DNA of 64,000 nt from IMG/VR virus record IMGVR_UViG_3300003155_000003; one strand, given 5' to 3'. Source of the DNA: a virus. Shown here one piece after another: positions 9,027 to 19,118 of the stretch; positions within the stretch are counted from its first letter, which is position 1; each line of letters begins with the position of its first letter. The position numbers and the translations under genes were made by a program. The notes under the pieces are model-generated. The model saw nothing but the letters and a program-made list of their open reading frames with translations, ran no database searches and was not told the DNA's origin.

Positions 9027-9917
9027 ATGGAAAATCTAGACTTCGTAGCTACTACGAATGGTCTGGAAGTTTCATTTAGAGTACTAAGCCAAGTCCCAGT
9101 CAAGGCCATTTTTGACTGGGACTTTGGTGATGATAAGGGGTCCGCTTACGATGTTAAGCAACCAACTTACACTTATGAAAAGTCCGGATTTTATACAGTA
9201 GCATTGAATATCACAAACTCCGATGGACTTAATCTTTCTGCTACCAAATTAGTAATTGTAAATACAAAGGCTGTTACTACATTAACGGACAGTATATATA
9301 ACCTTATTAATTATCTCATCCCTTCAGAAATCTCCGATGGTATGACCCTTGAGGAGAAGGAGATGTACATAACTAAATGGCAATTATATATCCAACCACT
9401 AGTAAATCATTGTATTCCCTTGGATAAATATAATGATGAATTAATGTATGAAGCTCTAGAAAACCAATTAATAATGGAGTTGGCAGCCTGGGATTATCTA
9501 AATGTCAAGCTCCTTAATTTATTAACGAGTACCGGAGAATACCTTAGTCAACTAACATCAACCAAAGAACAAGCGGGAGATGGTAGTTCGAAACCAGAAC
9601 TTACCCGAGGTGATAGGATTAAACAAATCACTACTGGGCCTACTGAAGTACAGTACTATGATATGCTTTCAGATTCAACATCTTCATTATGGAAAACATT
9701 CTCACAAGCTTTGCAACCTGGAGGTGTCATAGACGAATTAAAACAAAGACTTTGTATGTTAGCTACAAGATTGGAAATCTACTTACCATTCTGTGCACCA
9801 GTTAATAAGTTAGTAGTTCCTCGAGTAGTTGACAGAAGAAGACCCGGTATATTGGATGGACCTAATCCAAGTGTACCAGTAAAAAGAAATGGTAGAACCT
9901 TAATCAAGAAAAGATGA
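9027..9917 (+). CDS. PKD-domain-containing virion protein
   Basis: The N-terminal region FDWDFGDDKGSAYDVKQPTYTYEKSGFYTVALNITNSDG matches the PKD/Ig-like signature (WDFGDG...Y...G.Y.V.L.V.N). Confidence 0.55.
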   Translation: MENLDFVATTNGLEVSFRVLSQVPVKAIFDWDFGDDKGSAYDVKQPTYTYEKSGFYTVALNITNSDGLNLSATKLVIVNTKAVTTLTDSIYNLINYLIPSEISDGMTLEEKEMYITKWQLYIQPLVNHCIPLDKYNDELMYEALENQLIMELAAWDYLNVKLLNLLTSTGEYLSQLTSTKEQAGDGSSKPELTRGDRIKQITTGPTEVQYYDMLSDSTSSLWKTFSQALQPGGVIDELKQRLCMLATRLEIYLPFCAPVNKLVVPRVVDRRRPGILDGPNPSVPVKRNGRTLIKKR

Positions 9918-10390
9918 CCAAGACTCCTCATAGAATGGTAAAGAATCGTTCTTGGGATAGATACAAGAAGATTATCAATGACTTCTTGGACATAGATGCT
10001 GGAAGGCAAACTATAACTTGGGCAAAGAATGTAAATCAACTCCTAAGTCATGGAGAAGATTATATCCCTAAATATTATAATATACCCATCGAGGCTCTCT
10101 GTTATTACAATGCCTTTCGAAACTGGCCTATCAATAAAGCCACAATCACTGGAGAACTCGATGATGAGAATCTATCCATACTAGTTACAAAATCCTATAT
10201 AGAAAACCTGGGATACTTAACTCCAGAAGGTTATTGGGATTTTAACTGGTCTGAGGATAGGTTCGTAATTAACGGTATTACTTATAAACCTGCAGGAGAT
10301 ACACAAGTTGCCCAGGCCAAAGATGAAGCATTGGTGTTCATGGTCATTCTCAAGAGAGATAGAGATACTAAAATCGAATTTGTAGAATAA
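9914..10390 (+). CDS. hypothetical head-tail module protein
   Basis: A 158-aa ORF whose start overlaps the upstream stop (ATGA). Confidence 0.45.
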   Translation: MTKTPHRMVKNRSWDRYKKIINDFLDIDAGRQTITWAKNVNQLLSHGEDYIPKYYNIPIEALCYYNAFRNWPINKATITGELDDENLSILVTKSYIENLGYLTPEGYWDFNWSEDRFVINGITYKPAGDTQVAQAKDEALVFMVILKRDRDTKIEFVE

Positions 10391-10402
10391 AAATGAACGT
10401 AT

Positions 10403-10819
10403 ATGGCAAAGATGTTACAATTACGATGGACTCGAATTGAAACCCAAAATGGGATTTGGTTCGATAGTAATAGGGTAATCCTACATGGTATATGCGGAAT
10501 ACATGTTGAAATGAAAGGGCAAGGAAATGATATTACAGCCATGCAATCCATGACTGGTGATAAATACGTTTCTTGCTTTCAAGATTATTTCGGAGACCTT
10601 TGGGATAAGATAATACCTCATCCAGGTATTGGGCAAACTATGAAGTTCAGAGTCAATAGATTACCAGATTATGCAATAATCAGAGGTGATGTTGAGGATG
10701 GCGGAGACGTAGACCCAGATAATCCAGAAATACCCATGAATACTTTCTGTGGTTCAGAAGGAGAACCATTCAGAGGTAATAATACTGAACTGTTCTTGGG
10801 TAAACAACCTATTAATTAA
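10403..10819 (+). CDS. hypothetical head-tail module protein
   Basis: A 138-aa ORF in the gene train. Confidence 0.45.
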   Translation: MAKMLQLRWTRIETQNGIWFDSNRVILHGICGIHVEMKGQGNDITAMQSMTGDKYVSCFQDYFGDLWDKIIPHPGIGQTMKFRVNRLPDYAIIRGDVEDGGDVDPDNPEIPMNTFCGSEGEPFRGNNTELFLGKQPIN

Positions 10820-10840
10820 CCCTTAAATATATAAACCTAT

Positions 10841-13800
10841 ATGTATGTAAGTAAATATTACACCTGCGAGGAAATTGACCAGCGGCTATTACAAGGTTAC
10901 TATGATGACTTTGTTACTGCTGGCTTTGCTGGAACTCTTAATGAATTCTGGGCCTTCGTTCTTTCTATCAAAAACAAGGTTGATAAGAAAGAGGGATATG
11001 ACTTATCGAAAAATGATTTCACCGATGAACTGAAAAATAAGTTGGATGGAATCGAGGAGAAAGCCAATTATATTACAAAAGTTTCTCAGTTAGAAAATGA
11101 CTCCAAGTTTCAAACTGAAGAACAAGTTAAGAAAATGATTAGTGATTTGGTTGACGGTGCTGGTGATGCTCTGGATACTCTTAAGGAGTTGGCAGAAGCC
11201 TTAGGAAATGACCCAAACTTTGCAACTAATATCACAAATAAACTTACCGACCTTCGTAATGATTTGACTACTGAGGTTAACCGAGCAAAAGAAAAAGAAG
11301 CCGAACTCGGTTCTCGAATTACTGCAGTAAATGATGCTTTGCTCAAAGCCGTGGATTTACTCAATGGGAAGATTGATAATATCCGTATTGCTTTGGTAGA
11401 TAAAATCGACAAGCTGGAGGCTAAGGTTGATAAGAACACTGCAGATATTGCCGACTTGCGTAATGAAACTACTGGTTCATTGGCAGATGCTAAAGCTTAT
11501 GCTAAGGACCTGGTAGATAAAGAAGCAGAGGCTCGTAAGGCTGGAGATGATAAACTGGTGGAAGATATGCACCAGATGACTACTCTCCATATTCAGGACA
11601 AAGCAGAACTTACTCAGAAGATTGCCGAAGAGGCTCAATTAAGAGAAAACCAGGATGCAGGAATTCGTCAAAGCTTAACCGAGGAAATCTCTACTCGTCA
11701 ATCTGGTGATGCTGCTCTTGAAAGTAAACTTGCAGAAGAGGTTACCAATCGTAAAGCTGCCGATGAAACATTGCAGAATGGTTTGACTAAAGAAGTTGCT
11801 GACAGAACTAATGCCGATAACACTCTTCAAACCAATATTGATAAGGAAGCTCAAGCAAGAGAATCCGGAGACCAAGTTCTTAAAGGGCAAATTGATTCAG
11901 AGGCAGCAACCCGTACTGCTCAGGACCAAATCCTTGACCAGAAGATTACTGCTCTATCTGAAAGAACTAATGCCGATAAAGGTGAAGTACTTGCTGCAGT
12001 AGAAGCTGAAAAGGAAGCTCGTATTGCAGGAGATAATGCCCTTAAAGAAAGTAAGGTAGATAAGAGAGAGGGTTATGCCCTGTCTAAGAATGACTTTACT
12101 GATATCTTACTTCAGAAGTTGAATGGCATTGAAGAGCATGCTAATTATATTACTCAAGTATCACAATTGGTAAATGATGCTGAGTATCAAACCGAAGCTG
12201 ATGTAGAAGCTGCAATTCAGAAAATCATTGGTTCTGCACCAGAAGTACTTGACACTCTGGAAGAGATTGCCAAAGCCTTAGGTGATGACCCTAACTTCGT
12301 TACAACTATCACTAAGAAGTTGGCAGCAATTACTGAGAAGGTAAATCAGGAAATTCAGGATAGAACCAATGCAGATACTGCTCTCCAGGGAAATATTGAT
12401 GCTGAGGTAGCTGAACGTAAAGAAGCTGATGCTGCTCTTAAGACCGAACTTAAAGAGTATGTAGATGCTCAGACTTCTATCGGTGATACTGCCTTGAATG
12501 TAGTTAAGGATAACCTGGCTAAGGAAATCCAAGACCGTAAAGATGCCGATGCAACTCTGCAAGCTAATATCAATAAAGAGGCTACTGATAGAAAAGCGGC
12601 AGATGCAACACATACTGAGAATATCGCTACTCTTAATCAAAGAGTATCCGATTTGGCTTTATCTATTCAGGATGCTATCAATACGGTTAAGAATGAACTT
12701 ACTGCTCAAGTAAATGCCAATACTACGGCAATTGCTACTAATGCAGCTAACATTCAGAAGAACTCAGAAGCAATCACGGCTGTAACTAAAACTGTAGGTG
12801 ATAACTACAAAGAGGTTAAAGATATGATTAATGAGGAAATCGTAGACCGTACTAACGGTGACAGTAACCTCAGTTCTCGTATTGATACTACCAATATTGC
12901 TTTGGGTACAGAACAAGCAGAACGGAAAGCTGCAGACCAAATCCTTCAAGTAAACCTTGATAAGGAAGTGGGAGACCGTAAATCGGCAGATGCTGCATTG
13001 GAAACCAAAATAGAGGGTCAGATATCGGGGCTTAACCAAACTATCTCTGGTGAAATTACTAGAGTAGAAGGAAAAGTAACCCAAGAAATTAAAGACCGGG
13101 AAGCTGCAAATAAAACTTTGAGCGACCGTATTAATTCATTGGAAACCGGTTCAAATGAAAAGGTAAATGAACTCAAAACAAAGGTAGAAGCTAATACTGC
13201 AGCTATCAATGTAGAAAAGGAAAGAGCTATTGCCAAAGAGGATGCAATCCAGGCAAACTTGAATACGGCTATCGCCAATCACAAAGATGAGGTAAATGCC
13301 TTAACTAAGAGTATCTCTGATGAGGCTAATGTTCGTATTTCAGGTGATGCAGCACTTCAGGTAAATATTGATAAAGAGGTAACAGACCGTAAAAATGCCG
13401 ATACCCTTATTAATAATGCCTTAGCTCAGGAAGTTTCGGACCGTACTACTGCTATTCAAGGATTAGAATCTAAGAAGGTAGACAAGGTAGATGGTAAAGT
13501 ACTTTCTTCAAATGACTTTACAGATCTCCTTTTGGTAAAATTGAACGGTATTCAAGAGAAAGCTAACTACATTACTAAAGTATCTGAGTTATTGAATGAT
13601 TCAGAATTCCAGACTGCTGAACAAGTAGAAGCTGCAATTCAGAAAATCATTGGCTCAGCTCCAGAGGTTCTTGATACTTTGAAGGAAATTGCAGATGCTT
13701 TGGGTAACGACCCAAACTTTGCAACTACAATGACTCAGAAACTTACGGAGTTAACTGCAAAGATTGAAACTGAAACTCAGAATCGGGTATCTGGTGATGA

Positions 13801-16800
13801 AGCTTTGGAAACTAAGCTTACAACTCTAGATACTAAGCTTACCAAGATAGTAGAGGATTTAAGAACCTACGTTACTGAAACTCGTACTGAATTGTTGGCA
13901 AGAGCAAATAACCAAGATGCTCTTATTAATCAGAACTCGGCAAATATCCAGAGAAACTTGGAATTAATCCAGGGTATTCAGAATAATATTTCTGGTTCTT
14001 ACTTGGAAATTAAGGCTTTGCTTGAAACTGAGATAGCTGCACGTAAGGCAGAGATTACTCGAGTAGAAGGTTTGATTACTGATACTAATCAGGCTCTTAC
14101 TACAGAAACCGAAGAACGGAAAGCTGCCGATAAAGTTCTCCAGGATAATCTTGATGCCGAAGAAGCTGCTAGAGGTGCTGCTGATACTGCATTGGGAGTT
14201 CGTATAGATACGGAAACTTCGGAAAGAAAGGCAGCTGATACTAACCTTGATAATAAGATTAACAAGGAAATTCAGGATAGAACCAATGCAGATACTGCTC
14301 TCCAAACTAAATTAGACAAGGAGATATCAGACCGTACTACAGCAGATACCGAATTGGGTACTCGTATTGATAATGAAGAGGATGCAAGGGAAGCTGCAGA
14401 TACTACTCTTCAGGAAAATATAGATACTGAGAAAACCGAAAGAAAGGCAGCCGATGGGACTTTGCAGGATAACATAGATGCTACTAATGCTCATACTATC
14501 AATACTCACAGATTGGATTCAAATCCAGTATTGAATGGTACAGATATTAAGTTGGATGGGTATGAAAAGAATGCAGGTACTACTCCAGTAGACTTGGATG
14601 TAAAGGCAACAGATACTACTTCAGTGGCATTTGGTAAAGTACAGAAACGTATTGAAGTAGATAAGACAGATGCTGACTCTAAATTCAATAAGGTAAAAGT
14701 TGCAGTAGGTCTTACCAATGATTTGGGGATGCCTGCACTTACCGATACCAATTATATGAGAGGTTCTGTAAATGTGGTTGATTCTTTAAAGAAATTAGAT
14801 GCTCAATTGGAACCAATCATTATTCCTACAGCAGCATTTAGTCTGGTTTCCCAGGCAACTTCAGAAGAGATTGCAGCAGTATTTACTAATGAATTATTGC
14901 AAGAAATTTCAACAAACACTACACACCGTCCTTATATATTGGTGGATACTGGTAACAATTCCTATCAGCAATTCAGATTGAGCTTACAGCTTAGTGGTCC
15001 TACTACTGGAGATATCACTCTGAGACTTATGTATGAATCGGCTGGTAATGAGTTTTACAGAGAATTCAAGAGAACTGCTCAAGGTGCTTGGTCTATATCT
15101 TTCATAAGAACTGGTAGACTTCTTATTGAAGGAGATGTAGTTAATAACCTAACTACAGGTAATGCTAAGTTACCTTTAAGTGCAAACCAAGGTAAAGTAT
15201 TGAAGGGTTTGATTGATACTCTTGGAACAGATGCCTCAGAATTGGAAACAGAACTGAAAGAACTGATTAATACTACTAAGACTACCTTAGAAGGTACTAT
15301 TGCAACTGAAGTACAAAATCGTAAATCTGCCGATACTGCTTTAGATACCAAGTTAACCACTGCTATCAATAAAGAAGTTGCTGACAGAACTAATGCCGAT
15401 ACTGCTCTCGGTACTCGTATTGACCAGGAGGTAACGGCAAGAACTAATGCAGATGCTACCCTGAAAACCGAATTAACTAGAAATATACAGGGAGTTCAGG
15501 ATGCCTTAGATGAATTCATTGCAACTAAGGCTCAGGCAAATGGATTAGCTTCTTTGGATGAAAATGGAAAAGTACCTGCTAATCAATTACCCTCATATGT
15601 AGATGATGTAATCGATGTATATGCTACCTATGATAAATCCCCTACTGGAGAACTTTCTAATATTGCCTTATTTGAGAATCCAGACCATACTAGAACAATA
15701 GTTGGGGAAGCAGGAAAGATTTATCAAGATGTAACTGAGGGAGAACCCACCTATCAATTTAGATGGACTGGTACTACCTGGGCACCTATTGTTTCTGGTG
15801 GAGTAGTAATCGGTGAAATCACTGGTACTGCTTATGATGGAGCAAAAGGTAAAACCACTACGGATAATCTTAATGCTCTTAAAGCTTTTAATCCTATACG
15901 ATTAACCAATATTGTTACGGATACTTCTAAAGCTACAATCCGATATGAAAAGTCCGATGGTACAGCTATTCAAGGATTGGATATTCCTGCTGCTAATTCT
16001 ACTAAAGCTGGTGTTATGGCTGCTGCAGATAAGGTTAAACTTGACACCACATTACCTAATCAAATTGCTGCCGAAACTGCTGCAAGGGAAGCTGCAATTT
16101 CAGGTGTTCAAGGAGAATTGGCTAATGATATAGCTCAGGAAGTAGTGGATAGAAACGAGGCTATTGCAACTGCTAAAGCTGAATTAACTACGGCTATCAA
16201 TAAAGAAATATCCGATAGAAAGGCAGCCGATTCAGCTAATTTCAAAGAGCTAGAAGACGGAATGACTGCTGCTGTTGATAATCTAGAGGGAAGAATCCAG
16301 GCTACTGATGGTAAACTGTATGAAGAAATAGATAACCGAAAAGGTGAAATCAATAGAGTAGAAAAGTTAATCTCGGATGAAACTGCAACCAGAGCTCAAG
16401 CAGATACTAATGTAAATGCTAAGGTAGATTCTCATATTGCTAACAAATCTAATCCCCATGGAGTAACCAAAGCTCAGGTAGGTTTAGGTAATGTTAACAA
16501 TACGTCAGATGCAGATAAACCAGTATCTACTGCTCAGGCAACTGCTATTGCAGATGCTAAGGCTGCAGGTACAAATGCACAAGCTAACTTAAATACCCAT
16601 ACTCAGAATAAATCTAATCCTCACAATGTAACCAGAGACCAGTTGGGAATGGGAACTAACTCTGAGATTGTATTTAAGAAAGTATCTGCTCCTTCTGGGT
16701 TATGGAAGGAATCCGATGAAAGGCTTAAATCCTTCATCAAACCTTTGGAACATACTCTTGATGAGATTTGCTCTATACCTACCGATTCATTCATAATTCG

Positions 16801-17059
16801 ATGTAGTCATGATATAGGTACTATTGCTCAGGCAATCGAAAAACATTTCCCAGAATTAGTTTCTGAGAATACGGTTAAATCCGATACTGTACCTAATCCC
16901 GAAGTCTTCGAAACAATCGAAAAGGATGGAGAAACTTATGTAGTGGTTAAAGAGGTAGATTATTCTAAGATGTCGGTTCTGGCAATCGAAGGTATCAAAC
17001 TTCTGAAGGCAAGAATCGAAGAATTGGAAAAGAAACTTTTATTCACAAACTTGGATTAA
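10841..17059 (+). CDS. giant modular tail fibre with C-terminal S74-type intramolecular chaperone
   Basis: A 2072-aa ORF with three 93-aa modules (KVDK..G..LS.NDFT...K.KL..I), long runs of an 18-residue repeat (L...ID.E...R..AD..), NKSNPHGVTKAQVGLGNVNNTSDADKPVS fibre motifs, and a C-terminal ESDERLKSF...VDYSKMSVLAIEGIKLLKARIEELE domain. Confidence 0.85.
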   Translation: MYVSKYYTCEEIDQRLLQGYYDDFVTAGFAGTLNEFWAFVLSIKNKVDKKEGYDLSKNDFTDELKNKLDGIEEKANYITKVSQLENDSKFQTEEQVKKMISDLVDGAGDALDTLKELAEALGNDPNFATNITNKLTDLRNDLTTEVNRAKEKEAELGSRITAVNDALLKAVDLLNGKIDNIRIALVDKIDKLEAKVDKNTADIADLRNETTGSLADAKAYAKDLVDKEAEARKAGDDKLVEDMHQMTTLHIQDKAELTQKIAEEAQLRENQDAGIRQSLTEEISTRQSGDAALESKLAEEVTNRKAADETLQNGLTKEVADRTNADNTLQTNIDKEAQARESGDQVLKGQIDSEAATRTAQDQILDQKITALSERTNADKGEVLAAVEAEKEARIAGDNALKESKVDKREGYALSKNDFTDILLQKLNGIEEHANYITQVSQLVNDAEYQTEADVEAAIQKIIGSAPEVLDTLEEIAKALGDDPNFVTTITKKLAAITEKVNQEIQDRTNADTALQGNIDAEVAERKEADAALKTELKEYVDAQTSIGDTALNVVKDNLAKEIQDRKDADATLQANINKEATDRKAADATHTENIATLNQRVSDLALSIQDAINTVKNELTAQVNANTTAIATNAANIQKNSEAITAVTKTVGDNYKEVKDMINEEIVDRTNGDSNLSSRIDTTNIALGTEQAERKAADQILQVNLDKEVGDRKSADAALETKIEGQISGLNQTISGEITRVEGKVTQEIKDREAANKTLSDRINSLETGSNEKVNELKTKVEANTAAINVEKERAIAKEDAIQANLNTAIANHKDEVNALTKSISDEANVRISGDAALQVNIDKEVTDRKNADTLINNALAQEVSDRTTAIQGLESKKVDKVDGKVLSSNDFTDLLLVKLNGIQEKANYITKVSELLNDSEFQTAEQVEAAIQKIIGSAPEVLDTLKEIADALGNDPNFATTMTQKLTELTAKIETETQNRVSGDEALETKLTTLDTKLTKIVEDLRTYVTETRTELLARANNQDALINQNSANIQRNLELIQGIQNNISGSYLEIKALLETEIAARKAEITRVEGLITDTNQALTTETEERKAADKVLQDNLDAEEAARGAADTALGVRIDTETSERKAADTNLDNKINKEIQDRTNADTALQTKLDKEISDRTTADTELGTRIDNEEDAREAADTTLQENIDTEKTERKAADGTLQDNIDATNAHTINTHRLDSNPVLNGTDIKLDGYEKNAGTTPVDLDVKATDTTSVAFGKVQKRIEVDKTDADSKFNKVKVAVGLTNDLGMPALTDTNYMRGSVNVVDSLKKLDAQLEPIIIPTAAFSLVSQATSEEIAAVFTNELLQEISTNTTHRPYILVDTGNNSYQQFRLSLQLSGPTTGDITLRLMYESAGNEFYREFKRTAQGAWSISFIRTGRLLIEGDVVNNLTTGNAKLPLSANQGKVLKGLIDTLGTDASELETELKELINTTKTTLEGTIATEVQNRKSADTALDTKLTTAINKEVADRTNADTALGTRIDQEVTARTNADATLKTELTRNIQGVQDALDEFIATKAQANGLASLDENGKVPANQLPSYVDDVIDVYATYDKSPTGELSNIALFENPDHTRTIVGEAGKIYQDVTEGEPTYQFRWTGTTWAPIVSGGVVIGEITGTAYDGAKGKTTTDNLNALKAFNPIRLTNIVTDTSKATIRYEKSDGTAIQGLDIPAANSTKAGVMAAADKVKLDTTLPNQIAAETAAREAAISGVQGELANDIAQEVVDRNEAIATAKAELTTAINKEISDRKAADSANFKELEDGMTAAVDNLEGRIQATDGKLYEEIDNRKGEINRVEKLISDETATRAQADTNVNAKVDSHIANKSNPHGVTKAQVGLGNVNNTSDADKPVSTAQATAIADAKAAGTNAQANLNTHTQNKSNPHNVTRDQLGMGTNSEIVFKKVSAPSGLWKESDERLKSFIKPLEHTLDEICSIPTDSFIIRCSHDIGTIAQAIEKHFPELVSENTVKSDTVPNPEVFETIEKDGETYVVVKEVDYSKMSVLAIEGIKLLKARIEELEKKLLFTNLD
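10976..11254 (+). repeat. fibre module copy 1 (93 aa, aa 46-138)
   Basis: KVDKKEGYDLSKNDFTDELKNKLDGIEEKANYITKVSQLENDSKFQTEEQV...DTLKELAEALGNDPNFATNITNKLTDL. Confidence 0.85.
11788..11819 (+). repeat. exact 32-nt intragenic repeat (partner at 15370-15401)
   Basis: The sequence taaagaagttgctgacagaactaatgccgata is present identically at both sites. Confidence 0.8.
12053..12331 (+). repeat. fibre module copy 2 (93 aa, aa 405-497)
   Basis: KVDKREGYALSKNDFTDILLQKLNGIEEHANYITQVSQLVNDAEYQTEADVEAAIQKIIGSAPEVLDTLEEIAKALGDDPNFVTTITKKLAAI. Confidence 0.85.
12348..12387 (+). repeat. exact 40-nt intragenic repeat (partner at 14265-14304)
   Basis: The sequence aggaaattcaggatagaaccaatgcagatactgctctcca is present identically at both sites. 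Confidence 0.8.
13475..13753 (+). repeat. fibre module copy 3 (93 aa, aa 879-971)
   Basis: KVDKVDGKVLSSNDFTDLLLVKLNGIQEKANYITKVSELLNDSEFQTAEQVEAAIQKIIGSAPEVLDTLKEIADALGNDPNFATTMTQKLTEL. Confidence 0.85.
14265..14304 (+). repeat. exact 40-nt intragenic repeat (partner at 12348-12387)
   Basis: Same sequence as the copy at 12348-12387. Confidence 0.8.
15370..15401 (+). repeat. exact 32-nt intragenic repeat (partner at 11788-11819)
   Basis: Same sequence as the copy at 11788-11819. Confidence 0.8.
16705..17056 (+). other. S74-type intramolecular chaperone / autoproteolysis domain of the fibre
   Basis: GLWKESDERLKSFIKPLEHTLDEICSIPTDSF...GTIAQAIEKHFPELV...VDYSKMSVLAIEGIKLLKARIEELEKKL carries the SD-x-R-x-K Ser-Lys dyad context and the terminal helix typical of endosialidase-type chaperone domains. 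Confidence 0.75.
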
Positions 17060-17060
17060 T

Positions 17061-19118
17061 ATGGGAGAGATAGCAACTTGGAGTGCTGTCAAAACTAAAG
17101 TAGGCCTTGGTAAGGATTCAAATGAATGCCCTACCAAGGCTGAATTGTTAGCACTCTCTCCTACAGGAACGGGAGAATCTTACATAGGCTTGGAAATTTC
17201 CAATGCTAGTTCCTATGGTGATAATGAAACCATACAGCTTAGTGATATACATAAGGTAACTTATAAGTATATTCTGGCATTAACTAATAAGACTCTAAAC
17301 TTCACTGCTTTGGGTGGAGCTCCAACTCCTGCTGGTTTCGATTTGGTTACCCAAAAACAAAAATACCTGGATGGGGTTGCCCAATCTGGAGTTATTCCGG
17401 TATCTTACAACTTATCTGCACATCCTGATTGGATTTATTCTGAGAATGGTTTAAAAGCTACAGAAAATCTTAATACCCAGGAAAGGTATGGGTCTGTAAC
17501 CTTTACTCAGTCAGAATCGGGAAAATCTATTGATGGTGCTGTTTCTCAGGCAGCAGCTTCTCAGAGATTTGAATATACTTTCAGTAGTAAATATCCAGGA
17601 ATAAACTTTAATGCTCTTGGAGGTGTTAGTTCTGCTAATAGAATACTGGATATAACTTCTACTCGTCAAGAGTATAGAAATAATCATACTTATGGAAACT
17701 TAGTTCAGATATCTTTTACCAATACAGGTTTGCCCAGTTGGTTAATAAATACCAATGAATCCTGGTCGGCACAAGAGAACAAAAGTTTAAGTTCAAGGTC
17801 TCATTCAATGACCTATACCCAAAATGAATCCGGTAAGAAATTTACTGTTACCTTTAACCAAGCCGCAGGTACACAAACTTATGGCGATATTACCATAAAT
17901 CCTACCAGTGGAATTGCCGATATACCAGCTGCAGGTGGAACTTCTGGAGTATTTACATATTCTTATTCTCAACCATGGGGATGGAATGGTAAAACCAATG
18001 ATGGTGGTACAATTACTTCTGGGGCTACAGTAAATTGGAGTAATGCCATATCAGGTTCTAATCTTGGTACTACACAAAAAGCAAGAACCAGGTTGGGTAG
18101 TAGAACCCTTACATTATCTCAAAATGGTAAATCTGCTTCGAAATCTGTAGATGTATACCAGGCAGCTAACCAGATAGTAAATGTTACTCAGGGAGCTTGG
18201 GTAGTTTCTATATTTGCTAATCCAACTACTCTTACCGAGCAAGGAGGTACATCCGAAATCAATGCAGGGGCTCAGGCACCAAGAACTAACCATTGGTCTT
18301 CAGGAGCTACCAGTTCAGCTCCAAATGAATTTGGTACTCCTACTTTAAGTATACCTACTGCAGTAACTGGATTCAGTTTATCTGGTAATATTTTAACAGT
18401 AGCCGAGAATCCTACACCTAATCCAAGAAGTGTAGTAGTAAGAGCAACTATGGGTACGGTATATAAGGAAGTTACTGTAACTCAAAGTGCATATGTAGTA
18501 ACTTGGAATTATTACTTCACCGTTTCACCTTCCGTGTTAACTTTTGCATCTGGTGGCGAAATTAAATATGTTACAGTTTCTTCTTATCGACAAAAAGTTA
18601 TAAACGGAGTCGAAACAACAACCCGGGAAGATGTTTCATGGACAGTTGTAGGTTCTTCGGGGTTTCATACTTTAAAAGACCGAGTCGCTGCAGACCCAAA
18701 TCTTAGTAATGGTAGTATAACTGGGACTGCTACTTATACCCAAGAGGGAAGCAATAAAACAGTTACAATTGATTTGGCACAAGCTGCTCCAAAGGTTAAT
18801 ACACTTACACTCAAATTATCAGCCTCTGGAATGAGTATAGTAACCTTATATGTGTTTAAGTTATCAAATAAGCCATTAGGAGGTCCACCATCGAGATATC
18901 CAGCTCCTTTCTTTTCTGGAATGGGTACTCAGGCTGAATTTCAGTGGAATAATAATAAAGGCTTGGAAGTTCTTGACTCTAATACTGGAAGTAGAGTTTT
19001 TGCTCATGCTGAAGACTCATTAATTATAGCTGTTAAAAACCCGAAAGAGGATACTTGGGCTAACTTCATGGTCATTATCTTGCAAGATAACAACCAAACA
19101 ATACAAGCTCCTATTTAG
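17061..19118 (+). CDS. virion/fibre-associated protein with about five BACON/Ig-like repeats
   Basis: Repeated units end in similar motifs: RYGSVTFTQSESGKSIDGAVSQAAAS, RSHSMTYTQNESGKKFTVTFNQAAGT, RTLTLSQNGKSASKSVDVYQAAN, RSVVVRATMGTVYKEVTVTQSAY and TATYTQEGSNKTVTIDLAQAAP. Each unit is preceded by an LNF.ALGG-type start. Confidence 0.6.
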   Translation: MGEIATWSAVKTKVGLGKDSNECPTKAELLALSPTGTGESYIGLEISNASSYGDNETIQLSDIHKVTYKYILALTNKTLNFTALGGAPTPAGFDLVTQKQKYLDGVAQSGVIPVSYNLSAHPDWIYSENGLKATENLNTQERYGSVTFTQSESGKSIDGAVSQAAASQRFEYTFSSKYPGINFNALGGVSSANRILDITSTRQEYRNNHTYGNLVQISFTNTGLPSWLINTNESWSAQENKSLSSRSHSMTYTQNESGKKFTVTFNQAAGTQTYGDITINPTSGIADIPAAGGTSGVFTYSYSQPWGWNGKTNDGGTITSGATVNWSNAISGSNLGTTQKARTRLGSRTLTLSQNGKSASKSVDVYQAANQIVNVTQGAWVVSIFANPTTLTEQGGTSEINAGAQAPRTNHWSSGATSSAPNEFGTPTLSIPTAVTGFSLSGNILTVAENPTPNPRSVVVRATMGTVYKEVTVTQSAYVVTWNYYFTVSPSVLTFASGGEIKYVTVSSYRQKVINGVETTTREDVSWTVVGSSGFHTLKDRVAADPNLSNGSITGTATYTQEGSNKTVTIDLAQAAPKVNTLTLKLSASGMSIVTLYVFKLSNKPLGGPPSRYPAPFFSGMGTQAEFQWNNNKGLEVLDSNTGSRVFAHAEDSLIIAVKNPKEDTWANFMVIILQDNNQTIQAPI

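Noticed and set aside
10841-17059. The periodic repeats in the fibre gene were considered as a possible CRISPR array or non-coding tandem-repeat array.
   Set aside because: The repeats are in frame within one uninterrupted 2072-codon ORF. The periodicity is at the protein level (54 nt, 18 aa) with diverged DNA, and there is no repeat-spacer architecture.
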